Source: Octopus sinensis (lineage: Eukaryota). Taken from it: 61,559 bases of DNA. Each line of letters starts with the position of its first letter. The first letter of the stretch is position 1. The notes beneath the pieces are model-generated. The model was not told the DNA's origin. It ran no database searches and worked only from the letters and a program-made list of their open reading frames with translations. The DNA is taken from assembly GCF_006345805.1 (NCBI RefSeq), contig NW_021832401.1:1-61559 (forward strand). Direction: 5' to 3'. Both the position numbers and the translations under genes were made by a program. Positions 26,353 through 41,192 of the stretch are shown in pieces.

Positions 26353-27936
26353 CTGTGTAATATATATAGAAACAACCCCGAACTACTACAGGCTGGTCCT
26401 TCTTGGAACTGGTAGAGAAGCTGAGGTACCCATAAAGCAGCGGGGGGAGCTATAGGACTTGCCCCTCGTTACCACACACCGGCCCACATGCCCCCTTGCC
26501 TTAACGATTGGATTGGCAGCTATATCATATCCAACTGTGTCCCTCCCACCAGTGCTTGCTCCATACCCAGATAAGAAAAAAAAATGATTAGGGACTTGTT
26601 ATTAGCTACTGTAATCACACACAACGCATCCAGTACAGGGCCAGATGTAGATTCAAATATCCCTGCGTGAATATATAGATAGAGAGAGACATATCTTAAT
26701 TTAGTTCTTACATCAAAGGGTTGTGTTAATGATTATTGCTATATATAATGAACAGGGAATCTAAATATTGCTTGCATGTGTTGAAGATAGGAGTCAGTTC
26801 TCTTTTATTATTTTTTTTGTTTCTGGTTAAACTTTTTTCTTTTATATTTGCCAATATTCTACCTTAAGATTTTTATTCCCTTTCTGTGTTTTTAACTTGA
26901 TTATTATTATTATTATTATTTTAATTTCTTGTAAATTTGATTTTTTTTTTTGGTATAATTCTTATTTTATTTTTTCGTTTATAGTTTTAAAACCTAATTC
27001 TAAATTTTAATAATATCAGTGATAAAAGTAATAATAATAATGTTTTTTTTAATAATTTTAATTAACAATTTAAAAAAAATAATAATAACGATAATATAAA
27101 AAAAATTGTTCAGAGTTCTTTAAAAAGAATTTTTTTTTCAAAAAGTAAAATGATATAAATTAAAAAAAAATATATATATATATTGAAAGGTTGTACAAAA
27201 AAAAAATATTAAAAAACTGGAATACACCAAATGAAAAAAATCTAAGATGTAAAAAAAATCAAAAAAATAATTGAATATATACATATGTATGTATATATAT
27301 GCAAACACACACATGTATGCAATCATTCATCTGAACATGTCATCAGTGTGTGTGTGTGTGTGCACAGTTGTGTGTGCGAGTGTGTATAAAAATATATATA
27401 TATATATGCACACGTGTGTGTTTATATATATAATATATATATATATATACACACACAAACACGCATGTGCATACACCTCTCCACACACACGTGCACTCAT
27501 AAACGCGCATCTGTGAAACCAGTTAATCCCATCCATGCATGCACGGCAAAATAGATGCGCATATACATGAGTGTTTATATATATACGTGTATATATATAT
27601 ATATATATATATACATATACATACATATATACATATATATATATGCATATACATATATATATATATACACATATGTATGTATGTGTGTGTGTATGTATAT
27701 ATGTGGATATTTTTTAAACAAAAATTATGAAAATTATGTACATTGGGCTAAAAATAAAATTTGACAAAAAAAAAAGAAAAAAAACCACATCAACAATAAA
27801 TTTCAAATGTTTGTAATATCGTTTTTTTTTTATATCTATATCTATATATAGCGTAGTTTTTCTACTTTAGAAAGTGAGTGACAGTGAGAGAGAGAAAGAG
27901 AGGAATGTATACAGAGCAAACACCCGCACCAATACA

Positions 27937-27986
<50 letters not shown>

Positions 27987-28605
27987 ACAATAATAATAAT
28001 TTCTGCACAAATAAAACAAATTATATTCTAAATGGTTCGTTATTCAGGGTGCAGTGTGTTACAGGGGTGAGCAGATGCATTGTTATTTTTTTTTCCTTTT
28101 TGGTGGGGTGGGTGGGGGGATGTGGGTTGTGGATAGTATTAGGGCCGGCTGAGTGGAATTGACATTGGTGGGGGGGGGGGGGGGGGGATCGGGTTTGGAA
28201 TTATTTTGGTAGTGTTTTCCTTTCCAAAACAAAGTAAATATAAAATTAAAAAAAAAAAAATTTTTTTTAAATTGAAAGAGTGAATATATGTACGTGTGAA
28301 TGTTTATGCATGTATACGTATCAGGACAATTAACCGCCCTCCCTCCCCCCCCCCATAGGACAATTCCTCCCCACCTGATGACACTTAACCCTCTCGGTTA
28401 ATTACTCCCTCTCCAATATCATCTGTTCTCGGGAGTAGTTGTCCATGGCTGGGTAAATGTCCTAGACTCATATGTATATATAAAGGCATGGAAATAGAAA
28501 TATATTTTCTAGTTGTATGAAGATGGGGAGAAATATACTCAAATCAGATACATACGTATACACACTTTCTGTTTATGTGTGTGCATGTTTGTATATATGT
28601 GTGTA

Positions 28606-28693
<88 letters not shown>

Positions 28694-28696
<3 letters not shown>

Positions 28697-28924
28697 GCGG
28701 TGAGCTGGCAGAATCGTTAGCACGCCGGGCGAAATGCTTAGCAGTATTTTGTCTGCCGTTGTATTCTGAGTTCAAATTCCGCCGAGGTCGACTTTGCCTT
28801 TCATCCTTTCGGGGTTGATAAATAAAGTACCAGTTATGCACTGGGGGTCGATGTAATCGACTTAATCTCTTTATCTGTCCTTGTTTGTCCTCTCTATGTT
28901 TAGCCCCTTGTGGGCAATAAAGAA

Positions 28925-28927
<3 letters not shown>
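28694..28927 (+). mobile_element. tRNA-derived SINE family B, full length, inserted in (TA)n
   Basis: Head AAGGCGGTGAGCTGGCAGAATCGTTAGC...GAGTTCAAATTCC, tail GCCCCTTGTGGGCAATAAAGAAATA. Related copies near 18840, 22760, 31855, 35460, 37279, 37563, 38075, 43555, 43841, 44659 and 52259. Confidence 0.9.
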
Positions 28928-28965
<38 letters not shown>

Positions 28966-30520
28966 CGCATCTGCATAAACTTGTGTGTATTTATAACTTA
29001 TTTGAATTATCCTAAAGATATAAAGAAACATCCCTTTCTCTCATACACACGCATGCACATACACACACACACATATACATACATAGACACACAATATATA
29101 AATATTGACAAACATTTTAATATATTTATAATTGAATCCATGCAAACAATACAAAAATAATATCTTTGAAAGGCAGCGTTGGGTGTGATGTGTATGTAAA
29201 TCTTTGAAAAAACATTGTAGAAATTAGTTGAATTAATCTCCTTCAGTGATCAGGTATTCATTTGTCCCTTGTGTTTGAAAATCAGGGGTCAGTATTTGAC
29301 CTTGGTGGTGGGACTGGCTGTAGTAGTAGTAATTGTAGTTGTAGTAGTAGTAGTAGATTTGATGGTTGATAAGATGTCTAAAGTTATTAACACGGGTAGA
29401 CATAGGCATGTCCCATGCGGTAGTGATGGTGGTGGTTGTTGTTGTTGCGGTGGTGGTAGTGGTGGTGGAGTTGCTATCAAGTTTTGAGATGTAATGGCAT
29501 ACAGGCAGCAACTTGAACAAAACCTTGCTTGAACCAGGTCTAAATTTTGCTGAGCAGAAATGGTTTTTTATTAAATTGATTTTTTACAGTTTTTATCATA
29601 AATTCCTTGTGTATGTTGCAGAATTATCTTGTGAACAATTTAGTAAAGACAAGACCAGGTGATGGTCAATGAATTGGAGGGGTCTTTCCTTGTCCCCACA
29701 CAGATGATAAGGCATGTTCTGTAGGGTCCTGGAGAGCATCTGTGATTATGCTGAGGTTTGCTTTGGAGCCTTGATATCGGGGCCCCACTGCCACCCCACC
29801 TCTCATCCCCTTCACCCCCACACCCATCAGTAAACCAACTTGCATATTGTTAAACTGGGCTTGTAAAAACAATAACACCTGCTTTTTTTCAACTTACTCG
29901 TCCTTCTTCCGGAATATCCATGTTCTTGACCCCTTTTTCTTTTTCTTTTCCTTTTCTGTTTTTGGCTCCCACCCTACCACCACCCACCTCCATCAATCAG
30001 CAAGGGGTTTGTCGATCTCTGCAATGCCTACTAAAAGACAGAATCGTCTGTGAAGCCAGTTTATTAATACAGCTACATGCAGTGTACTATGATGTGCACC
30101 TAATCATAATAGCACCTAACTTGCAGTTTGGCCAGTTGTCTGGCTGGCTGGCTAGCTGGCTGGTCAGCTGTTCTGGGTCATTCAGAAGTTCACTGCAGTG
30201 TTGCGCCTCTTGCTCTTGTTATCTCGAGAGAGGCAGACCATAACCACTATCCTCTAAGCAAGAAAACAACCCACATCTGCTTCTTCCCACTACAAACAAT
30301 ACATAATTTTAAAGGTAAGGTGTATTATACATGCCTTTCCCTTTCATTGACATTTATTTTATCCCCAAATGGGTTACAACAGTTTGCCAGGGTCATTGTA
30401 GCTGTGGCTGTTATTGAATTCAAATCATCAACTGATTGATAAATGACCCACACCACGTTAGCGTTAAACAGCAGCTTGCAACCACAGTCTGGCTAGCTGT
30501 AAAACAGCTATCTAGATTGC

Positions 30521-30886
30521 TCTTTACTCTTTTACTCTTTTACTTGTTTCAGTCATTTGAGTGCGGCCATGCTGGAGCACCGCCTTTAGTCGAGCAAATC
30601 GACCCCAGGACTTATTCTTTGTTAGCCTAGTACTTATTCTATCGGTCTCTTTTGCTGAACCGCTAAGTTACGGGGATGTAAACACCAGTATCGGTTGTCA
30701 AGCGATGTTGGGGAGACAAACACTGACACACACACTTAAATATATATATGATGGACTTCTTTCAGTTTCCGTCTACCAAATCCACTCACAAGGCTTTGGT
30801 TGGGCCAAGGCTATAGTAGAAGTGGGACCGAACCCGGAACTATGTGGCTGTAAGCAAGCTACTTACCACACCGCCACTCCTACGCC
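30521..30886 (-). mobile_element. SINE family A
   Basis: Reverse-complement match, head to tail. Confidence 0.85.
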
Positions 30887-32432
30887 GTGTTATTTTTTTT
30901 GCTTTACCTGGGGTACTCATTTTTTTCTATGTTGCTTTGTTGTACAACCTTCATCATTCCTGATAGAAAGCTTCTTAACACCTTTTTTTTTTTTATAAAC
31001 CATACATCTGTTGAGATGCGAGGACTTGTTTCAGCTAATTTCGAAGAATTCAGTAAAATAACCCCATTGTTATTGAGCTAGCTTTTTGAACATAAATTAA
31101 CATGAAATCTGTATGCAACACTTTAATTTAGAACACCTTGAAATAGGGACTTAGTATCATTAGATGAAGGGCAATCTCTAAAGTGTCGAAGGGGCTGCTT
31201 TCTAGAAGTAAACCTTGCTGGTGAAGAACCTAGTTCTGTCTCTAAGCTCTGCTGTTAAAAGGCAAAGGGCTAGGCCACCAGTCTATAAAAAAATACCCTA
31301 GATGTAATTAGGGTCCCTTTACATTTTGAGTACTACTCCTCTTAGTTACATGGTTTACATAGCTCGTGGGTGGGCAGGGTCCAATTATAGGAGCACCGGT
31401 AATGTTCTGTTTTCAAGTCAGTCGACTGGACCTCATTTCCCTCCATTAAAAATTTTGTTACGTGTCATTACTGGAAATCATTATTATCATTGCCATTCCT
31501 GTATGATGTGAGGTTTGGTGCCAAGGTTAGAAACCTATCTTACCCATGCTACCACCACATCTTGAAACCTCTCTCCCTTTCACTTCCATGATGTATGTTT
31601 TGCAAGAAGCAAAACTAGGTGGGGGTTTTTTATTCAAGAGATAAACAAGTCCACATCAGCAGAAATAAATTAAAAGAAGGAAAGAAAGAAAGAAAAGAGA
31701 AAGCTCATTCAGTGCCAAGGACTTGATTTCCTTTTGTGGTCCCAAACTTCAGCAGTCAAAGCAGGAGCCCCTATGCAAGCTGCATTACATCTGCTGGAAA
31801 GTGTAGCTAAAATCTCCTCAAACCACTCTACAATATCTTAAACCACTTGAAGGCAATGACGAGCTGGCAGAACCATTAGCACACTGGGCAAAAATGCTTA
31901 GTGGAATTTCATTGGTCATCACGTTCTGAGTTCAAATTCCGCCTAAGTTGACTTTGCCTTTCTTCCTTTCAGGGTCGATAAAATAAGTACTAGTTGAACT
32001 CTGAAGGTGATGGGGGGATCAATGCAATTGATTTACTCCCACATTCCCCAAAATTATTGACCTTGTGCCAAAATTTGAAGTCAATATCTTAAACCACTTT
32101 ACTGGTTATTTAATCCTCTCTCTCACTCTCTCTTCTTTGTTTAAAAAGATAGAAATTAAAAGATATATTTGATAATGTGGTCCTAGACAAATTAACTCTA
32201 AACGAAGAAAAAAATACAAAATCCCTGAATGAATCATGGCTGAAACGTGTTTGATTGTAGGGCTGAGCTGAAGGGTTAAAAACAGCAACAACAGCAAACT
32301 TTTTTTTTTTGGGGGTTTTTTTTTTTTGGTAGTTTTGTAGGTTCTGTTCGTTTAAGATGTTGAAGAAAACCCTCTTTGCTGGGAACCCATACCAAAGCAG
32401 ATTGCAGCACAGCACCAATGACCAGTTCTTAC

Positions 32433-32467
32433 CTCGCTTCACATCGCTTGACCATTTTTTGTATGTA
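32433..32467 (-). CDS. Candidate 35-nt exon of an unidentified minus-strand gene
   Basis: ttcttggttctctctatctctag|TACATACAAAAAATGGTCAAGCGATGTGAAGCGAG|gtaaga; YIQKMVKRCEA, phase-compatible with 26228-26352. Confidence 0.3.
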
Positions 32468-33141
32468 CTAGAGATAGAGAGAACCAAGAAGTCCAACTGC
32501 TGACTTCTAACCACGCACACAACACACACACACACAGATACACACACATACATACACACATACACACACCCAGCCTTAAATTTCCCAACCTGCCCCCTTG
32601 GATTTGCATCCTTCGTTGTTGTTGGTAAAGTATTTTTGTCTATGATTGATTGAATTGTGATTGGCTTCATGTTGCCGTGACAACACATTCATGTATCTTT
32701 GTCTTTGTTTGTGTGTGTGTGTGTGTGTGCATGCATTAATGTATGAATGCCAGATCATTGAGAAGGACATCAGCCCAAATGCTATGCAGAGTATAAGAAA
32801 TTATGCATTTGCATTTATGTATATACATGAACATTTGCACACACACAACACACACACACATATATATATATGCACATAAGTGTGTATGTATATATATACA
32901 CACATATATAGTGTATTTATAAGGGATTATAATTCTAGCTGTGTCCTCATGAAGCATTATGAATAGGAGATGCTAAACATTTTTATACATGTATACTTTT
33001 GTAACTCCTATTCTGTAACGAAACATGTGTATTGTGGAATTCAAATTATCCCAAAGTTCTTTCCAGTTTTCTGTTTTGATACATAAGTATATCTGTCTGT
33101 CTGTCTATCTATCTATTCATATGTATATGTATGTGTGTGTT

Positions 33142-33188
<47 letters not shown>

Positions 33189-34100
33189 CACACACACACA
33201 CACATGCGTATACATACATACACAGAAAGGGAAGAGAGTGATGGCAAAAAAAAATCCTGTAAAAAATTCAAAAATATTGTAATTTCAGCAACCTCCTGAA
33301 ACATTTCAAATAATTTAGAACTCCCTAACAAACAAACTCCCCCTCTGACTCCCTCTAAACTCTTACATCTGAGCCCTTTGGACATGAAAATGGACGGGAT
33401 TACTTTTTTTTCAATCAAATTATTTGCAATCAATGCTGTTGTTACCATCATCGCTACCACCTGTTATTATTATTATTATTATTATTATCATTATTATTAT
33501 TAATACCATTATTATTATTATATTATTATTATTGTGTCTTCACTACAACCATGATCATCATCTTTATTGTGGTAATTGCACTCTCAGAACTGTCTGTTAC
33601 TCAATTTCTCACAGCCCAATTATTCCATGGCCAGCTGTAGCAATTTTTTTTTTTTTTAATTTTCATTTTTTAGGAACTTCACTTGTTCACACATATTTTC
33701 TTGTTGGTCCCCCCCCCCCTTCGATCTCTTTTTTTTTTTCTTCTTTTTTCAAAAAAACAAAAAAAACAAAACAAAACAAAAAGTGAAGAGAAACAGTAAG
33801 AAAAAAATATCTATCATACCGGACCGGACGATCAAGAGCCGGGCTTCATTCTGTTGAACAGAACCGAATACATCCTCCCATCTGCACACGATCCCTTCCC
33901 ACCCCCCATCCTTCCACTGTTTCTCCTCCTCCTCCTCCTCCCCCTCCTCTTTTCCCTCCTTGCACAAAATGACATTTGGTGTTGTATGTAATCCATAAGA
34001 AAAATCATTGCACATATTAGCAATCACCATTTCATCATCATCATCATCATCATCACCACCGTTATTATTATTATTAAAGCATTATTATAATTATCATCAT

Positions 34101-34131
<31 letters not shown>

Positions 34132-35382
34132 CAGAGGGTAGAGAATTGTCAGAATTCATTAGAGCAAAAAAAAAAATAATAATAATAATAATAATATTAT
34201 GCCTTTCAGTGTTTTCTAATGGTTTTTTTTTCTTCACCCCCCCACCCCCACCCCACCTACATTTCTGGGTTCCAATCTTGTCAAAGTGTGTACTTTGCCT
34301 TTCAGCCTTCTGGGTGGGGCTTGTGGGGCATCGCTATAAAGTAAAAAATACCTCTCAAGCAATGGAATCAAGATTCGAGATACTCATCCTGATTTTGTTC
34401 CCCACCCCGTCTTTCCTTCACGGTAGAAAAGAAAAAAAAATGTAGTTTGGGGGCCTTGTGCCTACTTAAGAAAATACTATCATTATAGTTATTATTATTA
34501 TTATTGTTATTATTATTACTATGATTAGTAGTGGTAGCAGTGCTACTACAACTACTACTACTACTGCTGCTGCTGCTGTTCCTGCTAACATCATCATCAT
34601 CATCATCATCATCATCGTTGTCATTATTATTATTATTATGATTATTATTATTTATGACTCTGAAGAAATAGAAAAAGCGGAATGGCTAAAACAGTAGGGA
34701 GGGGGGTGCTGCACTGTGTTCTTAGTTCAATTCCCCAGGAGGCTTGAGGGTCATGTTTGGTCGATCAGTGAAACTAGCTAATGATCTCATTCAGGCTGGC
34801 ATTTCAAGAACTGATTGATTTCAATTCACTGGACCTTCCCATCCACCTTGATTAAGTCTTCTGCAATTTTGTACCAATTTTATGGAAATTGGTTTCATCA
34901 CCATCATCATCGTCATGAATATCAATCATCCTCATCAATATTATTGTTGTTATTGTTCTGGCCATCCCTGCTTCTGTGGGGTTTATAATCCACTGTACTC
35001 TGTGAAGAGTACACGTGCTTTGTACTCTGACCCTAGAGCGAGCTTTTCTGTTACTCTAAAGCAGTCATGGACAATTTGAGGACCACTGGACTTTTTGTAT
35101 GGCATGCCTAGCAAAAAGCTTTCTTCAGTCTTGTTAGTAGTTTAGCTAAAAGCCATGTTGTATGTGCGCATGTGTGTGAGACAGAAAGAGAGAGAGAGAA
35201 CTCAATAGGTAGTGTTTAAAACAGAGATTATGGGTATGTCCTAGGAGTGCTATCTTCCAGGTTTCTTCTACAAATGGTTTTCCTGGCAACTCTTCAGGAG
35301 TGCAGTAGTGTCAGAGTGGAGAGGAAACAGTTTCTGCATTGAGCAAAACGACCAAGAGCTTATTACTATTACTATTATTACA

Positions 35383-35435
35383 GTACTTGCTTTGGCAGTA
35401 CATATACTAAAAATGTAACGATACAAAGTAAATTA
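35383..35435 (+). pseudogene. U6: U6 snRNA 5' fragment (3'-truncated retropseudogene)
   Basis: GTACTTGCTTTGGCAGTACATATACTAAAAATGTAACGATACAAAGTAAATTA, about 44/53 identical to the human U6 5' end by eye. The 5' stem is kept with a compensatory A3-T17 pair; the ACAGAGA box is mutated. Confidence 0.8.
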
Positions 35436-36348
35436 TTATCGTTATTATTATTATAATTGCTCTGAGTTCAAATTCTACCGTGGTCAACTTTGCCTTTCAT
35501 CATTTTCAGATCAATAAAATAAGTACCAGTTGAACACTGGGGTTGATGTAATCGACTAAACCACTTCCCAAAATTGCTGGCCTTGTGCCAAAATTTCAAA
35601 GCATTATTATTATTGCTATTATTAATTATTATTATTCATTTCTGAACACCTTATCCAACTTGATTCTGTGGCCTAAATACCCGACCTGATACCAACTTTT
35701 CCTCTTCCATCTTTTCTTCCGAGGAGTGGGTGAGTTGTTATTTGTGGTTGAAATGCGTAAAGGCATTATCAAGAAGAGAGATACACGCAAGAGTCCTTAT
35801 GAAAGCAAGTTTACGCTGGCAGCCGATTCAATCGACTTCTGTCTGTTACCCCCCTCATCGTCTCTCTGCAACATGCTGCTACTCCTTTAAAAGAAATGAT
35901 CCTGGGCACTAAAAAAGAAATAACAATCAGATTGTCATGGGTGAATTTTTTTTTCATCATGGGGTGGGGGGTGGGGCAGTTCAGGTGCACTGACCTGAGA
36001 CTTAAACAGCAGTGACCTTTGGCTATCTATCATGCCCTGACAAACTAGAAATCCTTTATACATTTATACAACATTGACAGATATCATACCTGATTTGTGT
36101 ATGGTTTTTGAAGAAAAAAATTCATTTGTTTTTTTTTTTGTGTGTGTTTTGTTAATATACCAGAACTTTCTAAAGTACTTCATCATATTATATGAGATGT
36201 AGGGGGTGGGGTTCTGTTGCAGTTCCTGCTTGAACAAAATACCATATGAGTTTATTTACTCTGACCGTTACTCTACTGTAGTCAAGACAATGGTTGTTCA
36301 CATGAACTGCTAGAAGTAGCAGAGAAAGAAATCTCCCTGAAATTATGA

Positions 36349-36382
<34 letters not shown>

Positions 36383-36758
36383 CAGTACTGTTTTAAAAAG
36401 TTCCTACGAAAAAAAAAATCCTGTAACATACAAATCAATAGAAAATTGAATAAAAAGCTCTAAAGACAAGATGGTCACATCTGAGATGCAGCTGACTTGC
36501 GGCTAAGCAACAACAATACTTCTACAACTGTTTCCTTCTTGGCACTTAAGCAGTGGAAAAACTACTACTACTACTACTACAGCTGTTACTACAACCACTA
36601 CTTTGTTAAGGTTTGTTGGTGTTGTTCTTGTTTTTGTTACTGTTAATTAGATCAGGGAAAAGATGAAGGAAAGCTTCTGTTTTTCTCTCCTCTTGTATGT
36701 TTGAATTCTGGACTTATACACTTGCATACACAAATGCATTTGTCCCTCTGCATGGGCA

Positions 36759-36794
<36 letters not shown>

Positions 36795-37117
36795 CATGCA
36801 TACATACATACATACATATATACATAAATACATACATATAGACATATATATGTGTGAGTGTCATTTATTGAAGTATATAATTATACATATATATATATAT
36901 ATTTATATTCAAAATATCTTGAATATATTACTGCAATTATATATATGTGTATGTATGTATACATATACACGTGTATATACATTTATGTATGTGTGTGTGT
37001 GTGTGTGTGTATTGCTGTACACTTTGATATACACCTGTACATATGTTTATATAAAGATATGCATATGTGCATCTGCACATATGTCGATCATGAATGTGTG
37101 TGTCTGTGCATTATATA

Positions 37118-37148
<31 letters not shown>

Positions 37149-37241
37149 GATATGTCTATATAATATACATTCATACTGAAAAACCTGCCTGTAAAAACAG
37201 TTTTACAATTGGCAACAGTCTTGTAGAAATGTCATACATGA

Positions 37242-37278
<37 letters not shown>

Positions 37279-37507
37279 GTTGGTGAGCTGGCAGAATCGT
37301 TAGCATGTCAGGCAAAATGCTTAGTGGCATCTCATCCATCTTTATGTTCTGAGTTCAAATTCCACCAAGGTCAATTTTTGCTTTCATCCTTTCGGGGTTG
37401 ATAAACTAAGTACCAGTAAAACAATGGAGTTGATGAAATCAACTAGTCTCCCTCCCACCAAATTCCAGGCCTTGCGCCTATAGTGGAAAGGATTATTATT
37501 ATTATTA

Positions 37508-37563
<56 letters not shown>

Positions 37564-37779
37564 GAGGCAGCAAGCTGGCAGAATCATTAGCAGGCTGGAC
37601 GAAATGCTTGGCGGTATTTCGCCCACTGCTACGTTCTCAGTTCAAATTCCGCCGAGGTCGACTTTGCCTGGTTCATCCTTTCGGGGTCAATAAATTAAGT
37701 ACCAGTGGAACACTGGGGTCGATGCAATCGACTTAACCCCTTTCCCCAAAAATTTCAGGCCATGTCTTTAGTAGAAAGG

Positions 37780-37800
<21 letters not shown>
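37279..37800 (+). mobile_element. Two short-tail family B SINEs in tandem, separated and flanked by (ATT)n
   Basis: Heads at about 37279 and 37563; tails AGTAGAAAGG(ATT)n. Confidence 0.85.
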
Positions 37801-37829
<29 letters not shown>

Positions 37830-38571
37830 CATCATCATGGATTTAAAGGGTTTTTGTTTTCTTTTGTTGATCTTTTTTTCTCTTCAGTACACCCCACCAC
37901 CACCACCACCAACAACATATTAATCAGCTGGCACTGACAAACAAACAAACAAACAAACAAAACTAGATGTGTTATGAATTATTAATTTCATAGCGGGATT
38001 ACCAGGATCGTTCGAGCATCAGTGGGGATGGGGCGTGGAGGTGGGGTGGGGGAGGGGTATAAAAATGCCTAGCAGCATTTCTTGCGGCTCTTTACATTCT
38101 GAGTTCGGATTCTGCTGGGAGGTGGCGCAGGGGTCAGCTTTTGCCTTGGATAAAAAAACAAAAAAAAAACAAAAAAAATATCAGTCATGTACAGAGGGGT
38201 GATGATATCGATAAACACCCCGACCGCCCTCCCCCAAATTTCAGGCCTTGTGCCAAAACTAGAAAGAATTGTTATTATTTTTATGAGCTTCATCATCATC
38301 ATCAGCATCATCGCCATCAAGATCAATAGTCATTATTAGAGAACATTTATACATGTATGTGTGTGGTAAAATATATGTGTATGTATATATATATATATAT
38401 ATACACACACATGTATGTATTCTATCAGGCAGTGTAACATCTATAACAGCCAGTAGACAACATGAATGATCATTAATTGCCCAGGTGTGTATATATTGTA
38501 TATACATATATAACATGTACATATATATGTATATCCTTGTGTATGTGCTATATATGTGTGTGTATATATGC

Positions 38572-38612
<41 letters not shown>

Positions 38613-39067
38613 GTGTGTGTATGCATGTATGTATATATGCACACACAAGGTTGCCCAAACCTCACTAAGGTGTTAATTCATTTGAGTCCTGTTTTAAATA
38701 TAAAATATCTTAACGCTATATACAGTATATATATATATAGCATATATTGCAGATATATGTATGTGAGGTGTGAAAATTCACATCTTGTAAATTACCAATT
38801 TATTAAAATGTTAGCCCCCTGTGTGACTTTTGGGCCACTCTTTATATACGCATACAATGGATGAAATTTAAGAAACAAAAACTCTAGTATATACAATAAT
38901 ATTTATGAATATATAAATATCTGTACATGCATATGCAAATATTTACATATACACACACATGTATGTATGTATGTGTGTGTGTATATGTATGTATACTTAT
39001 AAAAACATTTGGACATAACGTGTTTGTTCATGTGCATGTGTGTATATGTATACACACACACACACAT

Positions 39068-39118
<51 letters not shown>

Positions 39119-39649
39119 TATAATTCTATGATGTCTATGTATATAATATGTATGTATACTGGAAACCAAACCTGCTTGTAAAAACAACTTCAAGTTTGCA
39201 ACAATCTTGTAGAAATATTATCCTTAAAGTAAAACAAATTATATCCACACTCGTATACATGCATACACACACACACACATATATATATATATACAGACAC
39301 ACACACATACATATGTACACACACATGCAGAGTGTTCATAACATCAGCACTTCCGTTTTACTCCTTTGTTCTTAAACCATTTCTTCTTCTCTTGCCTTTC
39401 ATTTTTCACCTTTTAAAATTTATTTCATTTTATTTTCTATTTTCTGTTATTTTTTTTTATTTCAAAAAAGAAAAAAAAAATTATTCCTCTGTTTCTTCTT
39501 TTTTTCCTTTTTTTTTGTCTTTTTTTTTATAAAAAGGAATTCAATCTGGAGTGTTTCTTCTCACTCACATGAAGTCACCCTTAAGACCTGATCTCAAATT
39601 TCTAAGTTCCTCTGAGGTACTTCCTTATTTCATTATAAATATATATATA

Positions 39650-39680
<31 letters not shown>

Positions 39681-39904
39681 ATATATTTATATCATCAAAT
39701 GATGATGACATATATATATATATATAGATATATTATGTATATATATATATGCATATATATATTATGTATGTATATATGTAATACATATATATTTTTTCTT
39801 TCATTGTTTTTATTTTAATATTATTATTATATATATATTTCCCCCCCTTCCTTGTCTTCATTTTCACTTTAAGCCACCATAGTAAGCTACATTGGTAATT
39901 TATA

Positions 39905-39954
<50 letters not shown>

Positions 39955-40233
39955 TATTATTAGTGTTATTATTATTTTTATTATTTATTTTTCTAGTCTT
40001 TATTTTCACTCCACCACATCCCAGCATTGCGACTTGCATTCTCTAGTAATATATAATGTACATATATGTAAATATGTATGTATATATGTATATATATATA
40101 CATATGTATACACACATGCAACTCGAACAACCAACTCTGCCACTACCACTACTACTACTAACACTGTTACTATTGTACAAAGGACAAATAATAAATAGTT
40201 TATGACGTTACAATAATGATGATGATGATAGTG

Positions 40234-40282
<49 letters not shown>

Positions 40283-40474
40283 TAATCAGAAAACTGACCG
40301 GAACCCCAAAAAAGTAACATCAACACCACCATCACCACCATCATCACCACCACTACCAGCAACAGCAGCAGCAGCAGCAGTGACTGCAAGAGAATGATAA
40401 CAATAATAAATTATGCTAATAATTATAATAATAATGATAATAAGAATTGATAATTATAATGGTAATTGATAATG

Positions 40475-40508
<34 letters not shown>

Positions 40509-40733
40509 CGATGATAATTATTATCAAAAAACAAAAGGTCCAAATTATTGTTATATTTTTCACATAAATGGGAGATTCAAATAAAAAGATTCTATGAATT
40601 GTATTTGTATTGTTTCCTTTTGGCATTTTGTTGTTGTTCTTGTTATTGTTGTTGTTTAGGGGTGGGTGATGGGGATGGGTGTTTATGTGTGAGTCCCTGT
40701 GAACTAGTGATTGGATGACACTGATTTTTTCTT

Positions 40734-40785
<52 letters not shown>

Positions 40786-40794
40786 ATATATATA

Positions 40795-41192
40795 GGCGCA
40801 GGAGTGGCTGTGTGGTAAGTAGCTTGCTTACCAACCACATGGTTGCAGGTTCAGTCCCTCTGTGTGGCACTTTGGGCAAGTGTCTTCTACTATAGCCTCG
40901 GGCCAACCAAAGCCTTGTGAGTGGATTTGGTAGACAGAAACTGAAAGAAGCCTGTCATATATATGTATATATATATGTTTGTGTGTCTGTGTTTGTCCCC
41001 CCCCCCCAACATTGCTTGACAACCGATGCTGGTGTCTTTACGTCCCTGTAACTTAGCAGTTCTGCAAAAGAGACCGATAGAATAAGTACTAGGCTTACAA
41101 AGAATAAGTCCTGGATTCAATTTGCTCGACTAAAGGCGGTGCTCCAGCATGGCCGCAGTCAAATGACTGAAACAAGTAAAAGAGTAAAAGAG
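40795..41192 (+). mobile_element. SINE family A, full length
   Basis: Head-to-tail match. Confidence 0.9.

Noticed and set aside
35724-35729. 6-nt microexon GAGTGG between a pyrimidine tract and GTGAGT
   Set aside because: The acceptor is GAG (rare), and there is no known plus-strand host gene here.
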